DNA of 64,000 nucleotides. Source: an uncultured Aliishimia sp. (GTDB lineage: Bacteria; Pseudomonadota; Alphaproteobacteria; Rhodobacterales; Rhodobacteraceae). This document shows, piece by piece, positions 26,957-36,137 of this stretch. The notes beneath the pieces are model-generated. The model saw only the letters and a program-made list of their open reading frames with translations. It did not search any database and was not told the origin of the DNA. The position numbers and the translations under genes are program-made. Position 1 is the stretch's first letter. Each line of letters opens with the position of its first letter. Location of the stretch: assembly GCA_963922415.1 (NCBI GenBank), contig CAWUIP010000001.1, forward strand, positions 3,114 through 67,113. The letters run 5' to 3'.

Positions 26957-27526
26957 ATGATGATGATTGTTCGTACTGTTTCCCGTGTCGCCACTCAGAC
27001 TGCTTTAGCCGCAGTTGTGTTTTGTCTTGTTGCCTTAACGGCGGTTGTCTCTCGGGCCGCCGAGGTGAAAGACTTTGTGGGGGAGTACTCAGGCTCCGTC
27101 GAAACTCAATCCCTTGATGGTTCTGCCGAGCAACGCGACCTTTCAGTTACGATTTCCCAGGACAAGGATGGGTTCTCGGTAGAGTGGTCGACCATCACGT
27201 TTCGGCCCAACAAAAAGTCAAAGCGCGCAGATTACAAAGTCGACTTTATCCCAGCAGAGCGGGACGGGCTGTTTGCAGCCGCGATGCGGCGCAACGTCTT
27301 CGGGCACGCGGTTCAGTTGGATCCGATGAAGGGAGAACCGTTTGTGTGGGCGCGCATCGATGGCCAAACGCTGACGGTCTATTCGCTGTTTGTCGACGAG
27401 ACAGGCGGATACGAGATGCAACAGTTCGATCGTACACTTGCCGAAGGCGGTCTTGACCTCCATTTCAAGCGGTTTCGAAACGGCGAGACGCTGCGTGAAA
27501 TCGTTGCCTTCCTCGCCCGCGAGTAG
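26957..27526 (+). CDS. Hypothetical secreted protein
   Basis: The internal start [36 protein letters not shown] looks like a signal peptide. No recognised domain. Confidence 0.5.
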   Translation: MMMIVRTVSRVATQTALAAVVFCLVALTAVVSRAAEVKDFVGEYSGSVETQSLDGSAEQRDLSVTISQDKDGFSVEWSTITFRPNKKSKRADYKVDFIPAERDGLFAAAMRRNVFGHAVQLDPMKGEPFVWARIDGQTLTVYSLFVDETGGYEMQQFDRTLAEGGLDLHFKRFRNGETLREIVAFLARE

Positions 27527-27545
27527 ACTGGTCGTCGGGGTGCAC

Positions 27546-28034
27546 TTACTTCCGGAAACTGTCTAAAGAAACGACGTCAGCCGCAGTCTTTTTGTCTTCT
27601 TTGACCGCTTCCATGGGGGCTTCCTCGACCCGAGGCGCTGTTTCCACCACGGAGACCGTGTTGTCGCTGTCTGTATCGTCTTCTTGCGGTTCGAACCGCA
27701 GACCAAACTCAACCGATGGATCAACAAAGGTCTTGATTGCGTCATACGGAATGTAGAGCGGTTCGGGCTGGTCGCCGAAATTGAGCGTGACTGAAAAGCC
27801 ATCTTCGGTCACGTCAAGGTTGTCGTACCAATGTTGCATCACCACCGTCATCTCGGTCGGGTAGCGATCCGATAGCCAATCCGCAAGTTCCGCGTCAGGG
27901 TGCGACGTGTCAAAGGTTATGAAGAAGTGATGTGCTCCGGGTAGACCGTCCTTGGTCACCTGGATGAGCACTTTGCGAATGAGACCACGCATCGCCTCAT
28001 GCATCAGGCTACCGTATTCGATGCTGTCGCTCAT
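27546..28034 (-). CDS. sspB: SspB-family ClpXP adaptor (alphaproteobacterial type)
   Basis: Start MSDSIEYGSLMHEAMRGLIRKVL...GAHHFFITF...MTVVMQHWY. The acidic linker and C-terminal tail are typical of SspB. Confidence 0.7.
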   Translation of the reverse strand: MSDSIEYGSLMHEAMRGLIRKVLIQVTKDGLPGAHHFFITFDTSHPDAELADWLSDRYPTEMTVVMQHWYDNLDVTEDGFSVTLNFGDQPEPLYIPYDAIKTFVDPSVEFGLRFEPQEDDTDSDNTVSVVETAPRVEEAPMEAVKEDKKTAADVVSLDSFRK

Positions 28035-28163
28035 CCATTGCCCTTTACGTGTGGTGGTCACGCGCTGCGTGCGTGAAAGCATAAGGCATTTGCTGGGAGA
28101 GGAAAGGGGGGTTTTGGGATCAGCGGACAATGTTCAAGACAAGACGCCACGGGTGCTCGAGCT

Positions 28164-28601
28164 TTATGCGGGCGGCTGCAACCTTTGGCCGGATAAGCAG
28201 AACCCCATCGACCCGCTTGGCAAAAGCCCCATTTCTTCAAAGAACGACATGAAGTCACAGTGGATATAATATTCGACAATCTTGTCGTCTTTGAAACGGG
28301 CCATCAGTTGGAAGCGCACGGATATGTCGATCTGCGAATAGGCTGACGTTCCAGAGGTCACGACCATCGCGGACAGCCAATCCTCCTCTTCAACAGACTT
28401 CACGATGGACGTCTTGCGATCGGTCATGATCGCGTTGAACATTTTGACGACATCTTCGACGTCTTCCGCAGCCACCGTCTCGCCAGGGACCAGGCCCGTG
28501 GCTTCGAGGTCCTGTCCGATAAAATCGCCGATCACATCAAAATTCTGATTATCCCAGACTTGCGTGATGTACTCGTAGAGAATTCGTTCTAAGCGGGCCA
28601 T
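28164..28601 (-). CDS. SnoaL-like / ester-cyclase-fold protein
   Basis: YEYITQVWDNQNFDVIGDFIGQDLEA matches the N-terminal pattern of the SnoaL-like (NTF2-fold) family. Confidence 0.5.
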   Translation of the reverse strand: MARLERILYEYITQVWDNQNFDVIGDFIGQDLEATGLVPGETVAAEDVEDVVKMFNAIMTDRKTSIVKSVEEEDWLSAMVVTSGTSAYSQIDISVRFQLMARFKDDKIVEYYIHCDFMSFFEEMGLLPSGSMGFCLSGQRLQPPA

Positions 28602-28684
28602 GACGTCACCCAATTTATTGGCGTCATGAAAACTCTAGCGTTCAAGGTTTTATGAAGCGTTAAGTTGAGGGGATATGCAGGCTT

Positions 28685-29005
28685 CTGTTGCCAGGTGCCT
28701 GCGGACCCCGCCTAGACCGGCTAGGGCCTAGGGCTTAAATTCGGTTCGACCCGGACTGCTTACGCAGCCAGAGCAACCGGAGCACGATTGTCGTTTGCAA
28801 TTGTACTGTTTTCGCCGATATCGGTGGCAGACCGCCGAGACAAAGCAAACCCCTTTAGACGTTCGTCGATCCTATTTCGGCCCCCCAGTTTCGAAGGCAA
28901 TCCCCAAACGAAGGATTGCACCGAAAGAGATTTGGTGGAGCCGCCGGGTACCGCCCCCGGGTCCGATCCGCTTATTCCGAGCGCATTTATGTCCATAGCT
29001 CTTGC
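28685..29005 (-). ncRNA. ssrA: Two-piece (circularly permuted) tmRNA gene
   Basis: Minus strand. The acceptor piece ends CCGGG-GGCGGTA-CCCGG CGGCTCC A CCA (CCA at 28933-28935). The coding piece starts GGGGCCGAAATAGGATCGACG (28884 downward). GGGGCCG pairs with CGGCUCC, giving a G3-U70 pair. Tag ORF ANDNRAPVALAA-stop is at 28760-28798. Outer boundaries are approximate. Confidence 0.85.
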
Positions 29006-29096
29006 GAGCAGACCTTACCTATCCTTCACAGCGTCAGTTTTCAAGCGTTCGATGGTCTCAAGTTTCGGCAACTGCGCATCGCACGGGGCGCAGGAA

Positions 29097-29447
29097 CTAA
29101 AGGTTTGCCGCCAAGAACCAGGCGGCCAGCGCGGCCTCGATCCCGCCGAAAAGCGCCACTTTGCGCGCTGGTGGTGCGTCCAAGGCCAGTGATAGGCCGC
29201 GTCCCAAAGCGGCTCCGACAAAAGCAAATCCCAGCATGGCATAGGCCACTGGGTCGCCCAAGGCGATCGCGGCCGCTCCGGCAATGACGAAAAGCCCACC
29301 AACCGAGGCGCGCATCTCGCTAAGCCCCATCGTGGAACTCGTCGTGGCCAGATCCAGCGCCGAGGCCGTGTAGCGGGGGGCGAGAAAGCCAAAAAGGCCA
29401 AAGGCAATCGTCAATAGAGCTGCGACGACATTTAGGATATCAACCAC
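29097..29447 (-). CDS. Small polytopic membrane protein (DUF4345-like)
   Basis: 116 aa with 3-4 hydrophobic helices. GTG 29447 has an AAGGAG SD 8 nt upstream and avoids overlap with the GntR gene. The ORF-track TTG start is at 29504. Confidence 0.5.
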   Translation of the reverse strand: MVDILNVVAALLTIAFGLFGFLAPRYTASALDLATTSSTMGLSEMRASVGGLFVIAGAAAIALGDPVAYAMLGFAFVGAALGRGLSLALDAPPARKVALFGGIEAALAAWFLAANL

Positions 29448-29475
29448 CGAAACTGCTCCTTCAGGCTTGCCCTGA

Positions 29476-30210
29476 TCAGCTAGGGTGTTTGCGCCGTTGG
29501 GCAAAGACGCTTTCGGCCAGCGACTGCGTTTCTTGTTCGAGATCTGTCAAAGCTTGTGCGACTGCGGGTCCGTCATGGGCCTCGACAGCGTCCGCGACGC
29601 TGACATGCAGCGCCACGATCCGCGCCCGGTCGCGCGCCGTGAAGGTGATCATGTTCATCAAAGGCTGCATGGCCTCAACGGCCCCCGCCAACTGGTAGGA
29701 CAGAACCGGATTGCCCGCACCATCGACAAGCGCGCGGTGGAACGCGACGTCTGAGGCACAAAACGCCTCATCCGTCAGCCCGGGCTGAGACTGGCGGTGG
29801 ATTTCGGCACGCATCGTGGCCAGTTGGTCCGGCGTTCGGCGGGCTGCGGACAGCGGCGCGCAGGCGCGCTCTAACGCATAGCGGGCTTCACAGGCGGTCT
29901 CAAAACTGACCGCATTCATGGACAAAAGCAATGTCGACGTCGTGATCTGCTGCGGGTAGGCATCCTCGAAACTCAGGCGTTTGACGAAGGCCCCGCCGGT
30001 GGCACCGCGCTGCGTTCGGATCAAGGACTGCGCCGCCAGACGCTTTAAAGCTTCGCGGACGGTGGGGCGCGAGACGTCGAACTGTTCAGAGAGCTCTGCC
30101 TCGGACGGCAGCCGTTCATCAAACCGCAGGTCGCCTGCTACAATGGCGTCTCGGATCTGTGCTGCGATATCTGCCGACAGGTCGCCGGACTTGGGGGATG
30201 CATTTTTCAT
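29476..30210 (-). CDS. GntR-family transcriptional regulator (FadR/FCD subfamily)
   Basis: N-terminal wHTH (LPSEAELSEQFDVSRPTVREALKRL) and a helical FCD-type C-terminal domain. Confidence 0.85.
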   Translation of the reverse strand: MKNASPKSGDLSADIAAQIRDAIVAGDLRFDERLPSEAELSEQFDVSRPTVREALKRLAAQSLIRTQRGATGGAFVKRLSFEDAYPQQITTSTLLLSMNAVSFETACEARYALERACAPLSAARRTPDQLATMRAEIHRQSQPGLTDEAFCASDVAFHRALVDGAGNPVLSYQLAGAVEAMQPLMNMITFTARDRARIVALHVSVADAVEAHDGPAVAQALTDLEQETQSLAESVFAQRRKHPS

Positions 30211-30236
30211 TTGTCATACATTTTAATGTCTGACAA
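30211..30236. promoter_or_regulatory. Candidate GntR operator in the divergent promoter
   Basis: TTGTCATACAT-TTTA-ATGTCTGACAA: 11-bp inverted arms with one mismatch. Each arm holds a GT-N3-AC core like GntR boxes. It abuts the GntR start codon. Confidence 0.5.
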
Positions 30237-30270
30237 TTAGGACTGCAAGATTCCATTTGGCGGGGGAGAG

Positions 30271-31059
30271 ATGAGCGCCATTGCACGGTCTACACTCTGG
30301 CTGAGCTTTTTCGCAGTCATCCTGCTGTCTTGGGTTTGGCTTTATGCCATGTCCACGGGCATGGGGCTTGACCTGATCGGACGGCCCGATGCGCGTGCGG
30401 CGGCCATGGCGGCCATGGACCCGCGTATGGACATGTACATGCCCATGGCCGAGTTTGGACCCTTGCTGGCGATGTGGGCGGTGATGATGGCGGCGATGAT
30501 GCTGCCCACCATGGTGCCCACGCTCAACACCTACGAACAGTTGATGGTCAGCGCGGATGGCAGCCGGGCCGGGTGGCTCGGGGTCCTGTTGGGCTACAGC
30601 GTCACCTGGGTGGTCTTCGCCGTCCTGATCACACTGGCGCAACTGGCGCTGCTTTTTGGGGGTGTGATCGACATGCTGGGCATCTTTCATTCGCATTGGT
30701 TGGGTGCGGGTTTGTTGATCGTCGTGGGCCTGTTCCAGTTCACGCGCGCAAAAGAGATTTGCCATGGCGTCTGCCATAGCCCGATGAGCTATTTCTTGGG
30801 CCATTGGACGCCGGGCTTTGCCGGAGGTGTCCGGATGGGCCTGGGCCTTGGCGCGTTCTGCGTTGGTTGTTGCTGGGGCTTTATGGCGCTTGGGTTTGTT
30901 GGTGGGATGATGAACCTTTTGTGGATGGGGCTCGCCACACTCTTTATGGTCATCGAAAAGCTGCCCCAGATCGGGCACTATGTCACAAAACCGGCTGGCG
31001 CGGTTCTGGTCCTGGCCGGTATCGCGTGGGGCCTTTGGCCGCTCATGATGGGAGGATAA
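30271..31059 (+). CDS. DUF2182 family integral membrane protein (predicted metal-binding)
   Basis: 262 aa polytopic, Met/His-rich loops (MDPRMDMYMPM, MMAAMMLP). Normally paired with DUF1326. Confidence 0.65.
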   Translation: MSAIARSTLWLSFFAVILLSWVWLYAMSTGMGLDLIGRPDARAAAMAAMDPRMDMYMPMAEFGPLLAMWAVMMAAMMLPTMVPTLNTYEQLMVSADGSRAGWLGVLLGYSVTWVVFAVLITLAQLALLFGGVIDMLGIFHSHWLGAGLLIVVGLFQFTRAKEICHGVCHSPMSYFLGHWTPGFAGGVRMGLGLGAFCVGCCWGFMALGFVGGMMNLLWMGLATLFMVIEKLPQIGHYVTKPAGAVLVLAGIAWGLWPLMMGG

Positions 31060-31061
31060 TC

Positions 31062-31769
31062 ATGGCACGTCGTGAAAGACCTGAGGCAGATCGCCTGCCG
31101 ATATCGCAGCGGATTGACCAGCGGATGGAAAATCCAGGACGTCGCAAGATGCGCCCAACCGAGTGGGCGATCAAGGGCGAGCTGTTTCTGAACTGCTCTT
31201 GCACCGTCTTTTGTCCCTGCGTGGTCAGCTTGGGCCAACACCCACCCACCGAGGGCGACTGTAAAGCCTGGATGGCCATTGCCATTGATGAAGGGCACTT
31301 TGAAGGCGAAGACCTGAGCGGTCTGAACGTGGGCCTGATGGTCGACATTCCCGGCCGTATGGCGGAAGGCGGCTGGAAAGTTGCGGCCTATGTGGACGAA
31401 CGCGCCTCTGGAAAAGCCTATAACGGGCTTTTGCAGATCTTCTCGGGCGCGGCGGGGGGCACCACGGGTCTCTTCACGATGCTTGTCAGTGACATCATCG
31501 GCGCCGAGCGCGAAAAGGTCGAAATCGTGCGCGATGGCAAAAAGCGTGGGCTCTATATCGGGCGGAAAATCCAGGGCGAGATCGAAATGATCGACGGCGC
31601 CGACCCAGAACACCCGCTGATGGTCTCCAACTCCAAATATTGGATGGGCCCGGACATCATCGTGGCCAAGGGGCTGAAGTCCAAAGTGCGCGATTACGGT
31701 AAAGTTTGGGACTTCGGCGGAAAATCGGCCGAGATCTGCCCGATTGATTGGAAAGGCCCCAAACCGTGA
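31062..31769 (+). CDS. DUF1326 domain protein
   Basis: WAIKGELFLNCSCTVFCPC Cys-rich motif characteristic of DUF1326. GGAGGA SD upstream of ATG 31062. ATG 31149 is an alternative start. Confidence 0.65.
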   Translation: MARRERPEADRLPISQRIDQRMENPGRRKMRPTEWAIKGELFLNCSCTVFCPCVVSLGQHPPTEGDCKAWMAIAIDEGHFEGEDLSGLNVGLMVDIPGRMAEGGWKVAAYVDERASGKAYNGLLQIFSGAAGGTTGLFTMLVSDIIGAEREKVEIVRDGKKRGLYIGRKIQGEIEMIDGADPEHPLMVSNSKYWMGPDIIVAKGLKSKVRDYGKVWDFGGKSAEICPIDWKGPKP

Positions 31770-32275
31770 TCGAGCCTTGGTATGTGCGCCAAATGGCGCG
31801 GTACAACGCTTGGCAGCATAACCAGCTTTACCCTGTGCTCGACACGATGGGCGAGGCAGAGTTACGCAAAGATCAGGGTGCCTTCTTTGGGTCCATCTTT
31901 GGGACGCTGAACCACGTTCTTTGGGGCGACACGATGTGGATGAGCCGGTTTGATCCGAGCATCGCAAAGCCCGATGTGGCGATAACGGACAGCTCTGCCT
32001 TTCTGAGTTCGCTGGGAGAGTGGAACGCGGCGCGGTTTCAGATGGATGGCGCGATCACGCAATGGGCGCAGCGGATCAAAGCGCTCGATCTACAAAGTGA
32101 TTTGACCTTCTATTCTGGCGTGCTGGGCCGGGAAGTGCGCAAGCCCTTGGGCCTGTGCGTGGCGCATTTCTTCAACCATCAGACCCATCACCGGGGGCAG
32201 ATCCACGCCATGCTCACAGCGGCGGGACAATCGGCACCCGTCTCAGATCTCTTTTTGATGCCGGAGGAGCTATGA
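31766..32275 (+). CDS. DinB-family (four-helix bundle, metal-dependent) protein
   Basis: YNAWQHNQLY...LNHVLWGDTMW...HFFNHQTHHRGQI motifs. GTGA overlap with the DUF1326 stop and ATGA overlap with the dmdA start. Confidence 0.7.
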   Translation: MIEPWYVRQMARYNAWQHNQLYPVLDTMGEAELRKDQGAFFGSIFGTLNHVLWGDTMWMSRFDPSIAKPDVAITDSSAFLSSLGEWNAARFQMDGAITQWAQRIKALDLQSDLTFYSGVLGREVRKPLGLCVAHFFNHQTHHRGQIHAMLTAAGQSAPVSDLFLMPEEL

Positions 32276-33378
32276 CCCCAGTATTGGCAGCGTCCCGCCG
32301 CCTGCGTCGCACGCCCTTTGCGGAAGGTGTCGAAGCGGCAGGCGTCAAGGCGTACACAGTCTACAACCACATGCTCTTGCCCGCGGTGTTCCGGTCGCTT
32401 GAGGAAGACTACCGCCATTTGAAGGAAGCCGTTCAGGTTTGGGACGTGTCGGTCGAGCGGCAGGTGGAACTGCGTGGTCCTGATGCCGCGCGTCTGGTCC
32501 AGATGCTCACACCGCGCGATCTGCGCGGCATGTTGCCGGGCCAGTGTCGGTATGTCCCGATCGTCGATGAAACGGGGGGGATGCTGAATGACCCCGTCGC
32601 AGTGAAGCTGGCCGAGGATCGCTGGTGGATCTCCATCGCCGACAGCGACTTGATGATGTGGGTCAAGGGCATTGCCTATGGCTACCGCCTGGACGTGTTG
32701 GTGGATGAACCCGAGATCTACCCCCTTGCTGTGCAAGGTCCCAAAGCCGAGGACCTGATGGCAAACGTCTTTGGCGACGCGATCCGCGATGTACGGTTCT
32801 TCCGGTTTGGCATGTTCACGTTTCAGGGCCGCGATTTGGCAATTGCGCGGTCTGGCTACTCCAAGCAAGGTGGCTTCGAGATCTATGTCGATGGCGATGA
32901 CATCGCGATGGATCTGTGGAATGCGCTGATGGAGGCGGGCAAGCCGCTGGACGTCTATGCGGGCTGTCCCAACTTGATCGAACGGATCGAGGGCGGATTG
33001 CTCAGCTATGGCAACGACATGACCAAGGAAAACACCCCCCACGAATGCGGGCTTGGCCGGTTCTGCAATACCGCGACCGCAATTGGCTGTGTCGGGCGGG
33101 ACGCGCTGTTGCGCGTGGCCAAGGAAGGCCCCGTCCGCCAGGTGCGCGCCATTGAAATCGACAGCCAAACGCTGCCGCCCTGTGACCGGCTCTGGTCGAT
33201 TATGGCAGGCAGCAAGCGCGTTGGGTTTGTGAGTTCCGCGGCGCAAAGCCCGGATTTTGACTGCGGTGTTGCCATCGGCATGGTGCGCATGACCCATTGG
33301 GACGCTGGCACCGAACTGGCAATTGAAACACCAGACGGCACCGTTGACGGTGTCGTGCGCGAGGCCTTTTGGATCTAG
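32272..33378 (+). CDS. dmdA: Aminomethyltransferase-fold DMSP demethylase
   Basis: 368 aa. Extended similarity to my recollection of Ruegeria/Pelagibacter DmdA (RRLRRTPF, YTVYNHMLLP, QVWDVSVERQVELRGPDA, GGMLNDPV, WWISIADSDL, ARSGYSKQGGFEIYV, GCPNLIERIEGGLLSYGNDMT). Followed by acuI as in known dmdA loci. Confidence 0.8.
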   Translation: MTPVLAASRRLRRTPFAEGVEAAGVKAYTVYNHMLLPAVFRSLEEDYRHLKEAVQVWDVSVERQVELRGPDAARLVQMLTPRDLRGMLPGQCRYVPIVDETGGMLNDPVAVKLAEDRWWISIADSDLMMWVKGIAYGYRLDVLVDEPEIYPLAVQGPKAEDLMANVFGDAIRDVRFFRFGMFTFQGRDLAIARSGYSKQGGFEIYVDGDDIAMDLWNALMEAGKPLDVYAGCPNLIERIEGGLLSYGNDMTKENTPHECGLGRFCNTATAIGCVGRDALLRVAKEGPVRQVRAIEIDSQTLPPCDRLWSIMAGSKRVGFVSSAAQSPDFDCGVAIGMVRMTHWDAGTELAIETPDGTVDGVVREAFWI

Positions 33379-33428
33379 GCGCAGAGAAACGATACTTGAT
33401 CAGATGACAGAGATAGGAGCGACACGAT

Positions 33429-34415
33429 ATGGCCTTTAACGCGCTGGTGGTTGAAAAGAACGACGAGGGCAAAACATCTGCCGCCGTCACAGAAATCACC
33501 GAAGATCAGCTGCCCGAGGGCGATGTCACCGTCGCGGTCGAGTATTCGACGGTCAACTATAAGGACGGTCTTTGCATCGGCCCTGGCGGTGGGCTTGTCC
33601 GCAACTACCCACATGTGCCGGGTATCGACTTTGCGGGCACCGTCGAGGCGTCCTCCGATGATCGCTACAAGCCAGGCGACAAGGTCGTTCTGACCGGTTG
33701 GCGCGTGGGCGAGGCGCATTGGGGCGGCTATGCGCAAAAGGCGCGTGTCAAAGCCGATTGGCTCGTGCCGCTGCCTGAGGGGCTGACACCGCGACAAGCG
33801 ATGGCCGTTGGGACTGCGGGCTTTACGTCGATGCTGGCGGTGATGGCGCTGGAAGACCACGGGCTGAAAGGTGGACCGGTTCTGGTCACCGGTGCGGCAG
33901 GCGGTGTTGGGTCGGTCGCGGTGGCCCTTTTGGCAAGCCTAGGCCACGAGGTGGCAGGCGTCACAGGGCGGCCTGAAACGGCGGACTATCTCAAAAGCCT
34001 GGGTGCCACGCAGATCGTCGCGCGGGAAGAGATCAACGAGACCGTTAAGCGCCCGCTTGAGACCGAAACTTGGGGCGGATGTGTTGACGCGGTGGGCGGA
34101 GCAATGCTGGCGCGCGTGTTAGGTCAGATGCAGTACGGCGCAAGCGTCGCGGCGGTTGGTCTCGCAGGCGGGGCAGGGTTGCCTGGCACTGTTATCCCGT
34201 TCCTGTTGCGCGGCGTGAACCTTTTGGGCATCGATTCCGTCATGCAGCCCTATGATAACCGCGTACGTGCGTGGGGACGCATTGCAAAAGATCTCCCGAT
34301 GGAGAAACTGGAGGCGATGGTGCAGCCTGCAACGCTTTCAGATCTGCCTGGCCTTGGGGCGGACATTCTCAAAGGTCAGGTGAAAGGGCGCGTCGTCGTT
34401 GATGTGAACGCCTAA
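33429..34415 (+). CDS. acuI: Acryloyl-CoA reductase (YhdH/AcuI MDR family)
   Basis: 328 aa. VEYSTVNYKDGL and VTGAAGGVGS motifs of the YhdH subfamily. Synteny with dmdA. Confidence 0.8.
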   Translation: MAFNALVVEKNDEGKTSAAVTEITEDQLPEGDVTVAVEYSTVNYKDGLCIGPGGGLVRNYPHVPGIDFAGTVEASSDDRYKPGDKVVLTGWRVGEAHWGGYAQKARVKADWLVPLPEGLTPRQAMAVGTAGFTSMLAVMALEDHGLKGGPVLVTGAAGGVGSVAVALLASLGHEVAGVTGRPETADYLKSLGATQIVAREEINETVKRPLETETWGGCVDAVGGAMLARVLGQMQYGASVAAVGLAGGAGLPGTVIPFLLRGVNLLGIDSVMQPYDNRVRAWGRIAKDLPMEKLEAMVQPATLSDLPGLGADILKGQVKGRVVVDVNA

Positions 34416-34436
34416 AGCCCAAGACCGGAGCGCGCC

Positions 34437-34853
34437 ATGACTGCCTATGACGACCAGAACATCTTCGCAAAGATCTTGCGGGGCGAGATCCCCTCGATCC
34501 GTGTCTATGAAGATGATGAGACACTGTGTTTCATGGACATCATGCCGCGCGCCGACGGGCACTGCCTGATCATCCCCAAGACGCCCTGCCGCAACATCCT
34601 GGACGCGTCAGACGCGCAATTGGCGGCCACGATGGCCACAACGGCGAAAGTGGCGCGCGCGGCAAAGGCGGCACTGGAGGCAGATGGGATCACGCTGCAA
34701 CAGTTCAACGAAGGCCCTGGCGGGCAAGAGGTGTTCCACCTGCATTTCCATATCCTGCCGCGCCATGAGGGCGTACCACTGCGGGCGCCGGGCCAGATGG
34801 GCGACATGGACCAGATCGCGGAGATCGCGGCGAAGATCAAAGCAGCGTTGTGA
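34437..34853 (+). CDS. HIT-family (histidine triad) protein
   Basis: HLHFHILPR histidine triad. 138 aa. Confidence 0.85.
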   Translation: MTAYDDQNIFAKILRGEIPSIRVYEDDETLCFMDIMPRADGHCLIIPKTPCRNILDASDAQLAATMATTAKVARAAKAALEADGITLQQFNEGPGGQEVFHLHFHILPRHEGVPLRAPGQMGDMDQIAEIAAKIKAAL

Positions 34854-36067
34854 GCGAGGCCATGGCGTTAGACCTCGATTTCGTGCGCACGCAGTTCCCG
34901 GCGTTCTCCGAACCCGCACTCCAGGGGCAGGCGCATTTTTCGAATGCGGGCGGGTCCTATGCGTGCGGCGCGGTGATCGACCGGCTCACCCGGTTTTACC
35001 GCGAGCGCAAAGTGCAACCCTATTCGGCCTATGAGGCGTCCCGCCTGGGCGGTGAGGAGATGGACGAGGCGCAAACGCGACTGGCGCTTGTTTTGGGGGT
35101 GGATGAGAGCGAGCTTAGCTTTGGGCCGTCCACAACGCAGAACACCTACGTCTTGTCTCAAGCCTTTGCAGCCTGGATGAAACCGGGCGAAGCGATCGTT
35201 GTTACGGATCAGGACCACGAAGCCAATTCCGGCCCCTGGCGCCGCTTGGCCGAACGCGGCATTGAGGTGCGGGAATGGAAACTGGATCCCGCGACGGGGC
35301 ACCTTGATCCAGGAGATCTGACCGACCTTTTGGACGAAAGCGTGCGCCTTGTGTGCTTTCCGCATTGCTCGAACGTCGTGGCCGAGATCAACCCCGTGGC
35401 CGAGATCACCGCAATTGCCCATGCCGCGGGGGCCTTTGTTTGCGTCGATGGCGTAAGCTATGCGCCGCATGGTTTTGTCGATGTCGGTAAGCTGGGCTGC
35501 GATATCTACCTCTTTTCGGCCTACAAGACCTATGGGCCGCATCAGGGCATCATGGTCGTGCGCGAGGCCTTGGCCAAAATGCTGCCCAATCAGGGCCACT
35601 GGTTCAACGCAGAGCTTTTGCCGAAGCGTTTCACGCCCGCCGGTCCGGACCACGCGCAGGTCGCGGCCTCTGCCGGGATGGTCGACTATATCGATGCGCT
35701 CGCCCTGCATCATGGGCTGGCAGCCCCGAGCGAGGTGCATGATCTGATGCGCGCGCATGAAGTGGCTTTGTCCGAACACGTTCTGGACTGGGCGCGCAGC
35801 CGCAACGATCTGCGTTTGCTGGGGCCCGATCAAGCGGACGCGCGCGCGCCGACATTCGCCTTTGAACTCAGCATGCCGCCAGCGCCCGTGGCCGAAGCAC
35901 TCGTCGCCCATGGCATTATGGGCGAGGCGGGCGATTTTTATGCGGGGCGTCCGTTGGAGGCGATGGGGGTGGATTTGCGCCAAGGCGTGCTGCGCCTCAG
36001 CGCCGTGCATTACACCAGCCCCGCTGAGATCGACCAACTTTTGTCCGCTTTGGAGACGGTGCTCTGA
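34850..36067 (+). CDS. Class V aminotransferase-fold PLP enzyme (cysteine desulfurase-like)
   Basis: 405 aa. SAYKTYGP (PLP-Lys) motif. GTGA overlap with the HIT stop. Confidence 0.75.
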   Translation: MSEAMALDLDFVRTQFPAFSEPALQGQAHFSNAGGSYACGAVIDRLTRFYRERKVQPYSAYEASRLGGEEMDEAQTRLALVLGVDESELSFGPSTTQNTYVLSQAFAAWMKPGEAIVVTDQDHEANSGPWRRLAERGIEVREWKLDPATGHLDPGDLTDLLDESVRLVCFPHCSNVVAEINPVAEITAIAHAAGAFVCVDGVSYAPHGFVDVGKLGCDIYLFSAYKTYGPHQGIMVVREALAKMLPNQGHWFNAELLPKRFTPAGPDHAQVAASAGMVDYIDALALHHGLAAPSEVHDLMRAHEVALSEHVLDWARSRNDLRLLGPDQADARAPTFAFELSMPPAPVAEALVAHGIMGEAGDFYAGRPLEAMGVDLRQGVLRLSAVHYTSPAEIDQLLSALETVL

Positions 36068-36137
36068 CGGCACGGACCTTGACGCCTACGGGACTGCGCT
36101 AGCTCTCTCCAAACATCGGACGGGAGAGGGTGTAACT

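Noticed and set aside
28760-28996. 78-aa ORF listed in the track
   Set aside because: It is the tmRNA gene. Only the last 12 codons (the tag peptide) are biologically meaningful, and they are read by trans-translation and not as a conventional CDS.
34868-36073. 401-aa antisense ORF over the class V aminotransferase gene. Similar cases are 32188-33297 over dmdA and 30978-31967 over DUF1326/DinB
   Set aside because: These are antisense frames left free of stop codons by GC3 bias. Their composition is Arg/His/Gly-rich and they have no recognisable domains. The sense-strand genes have strong family motifs.
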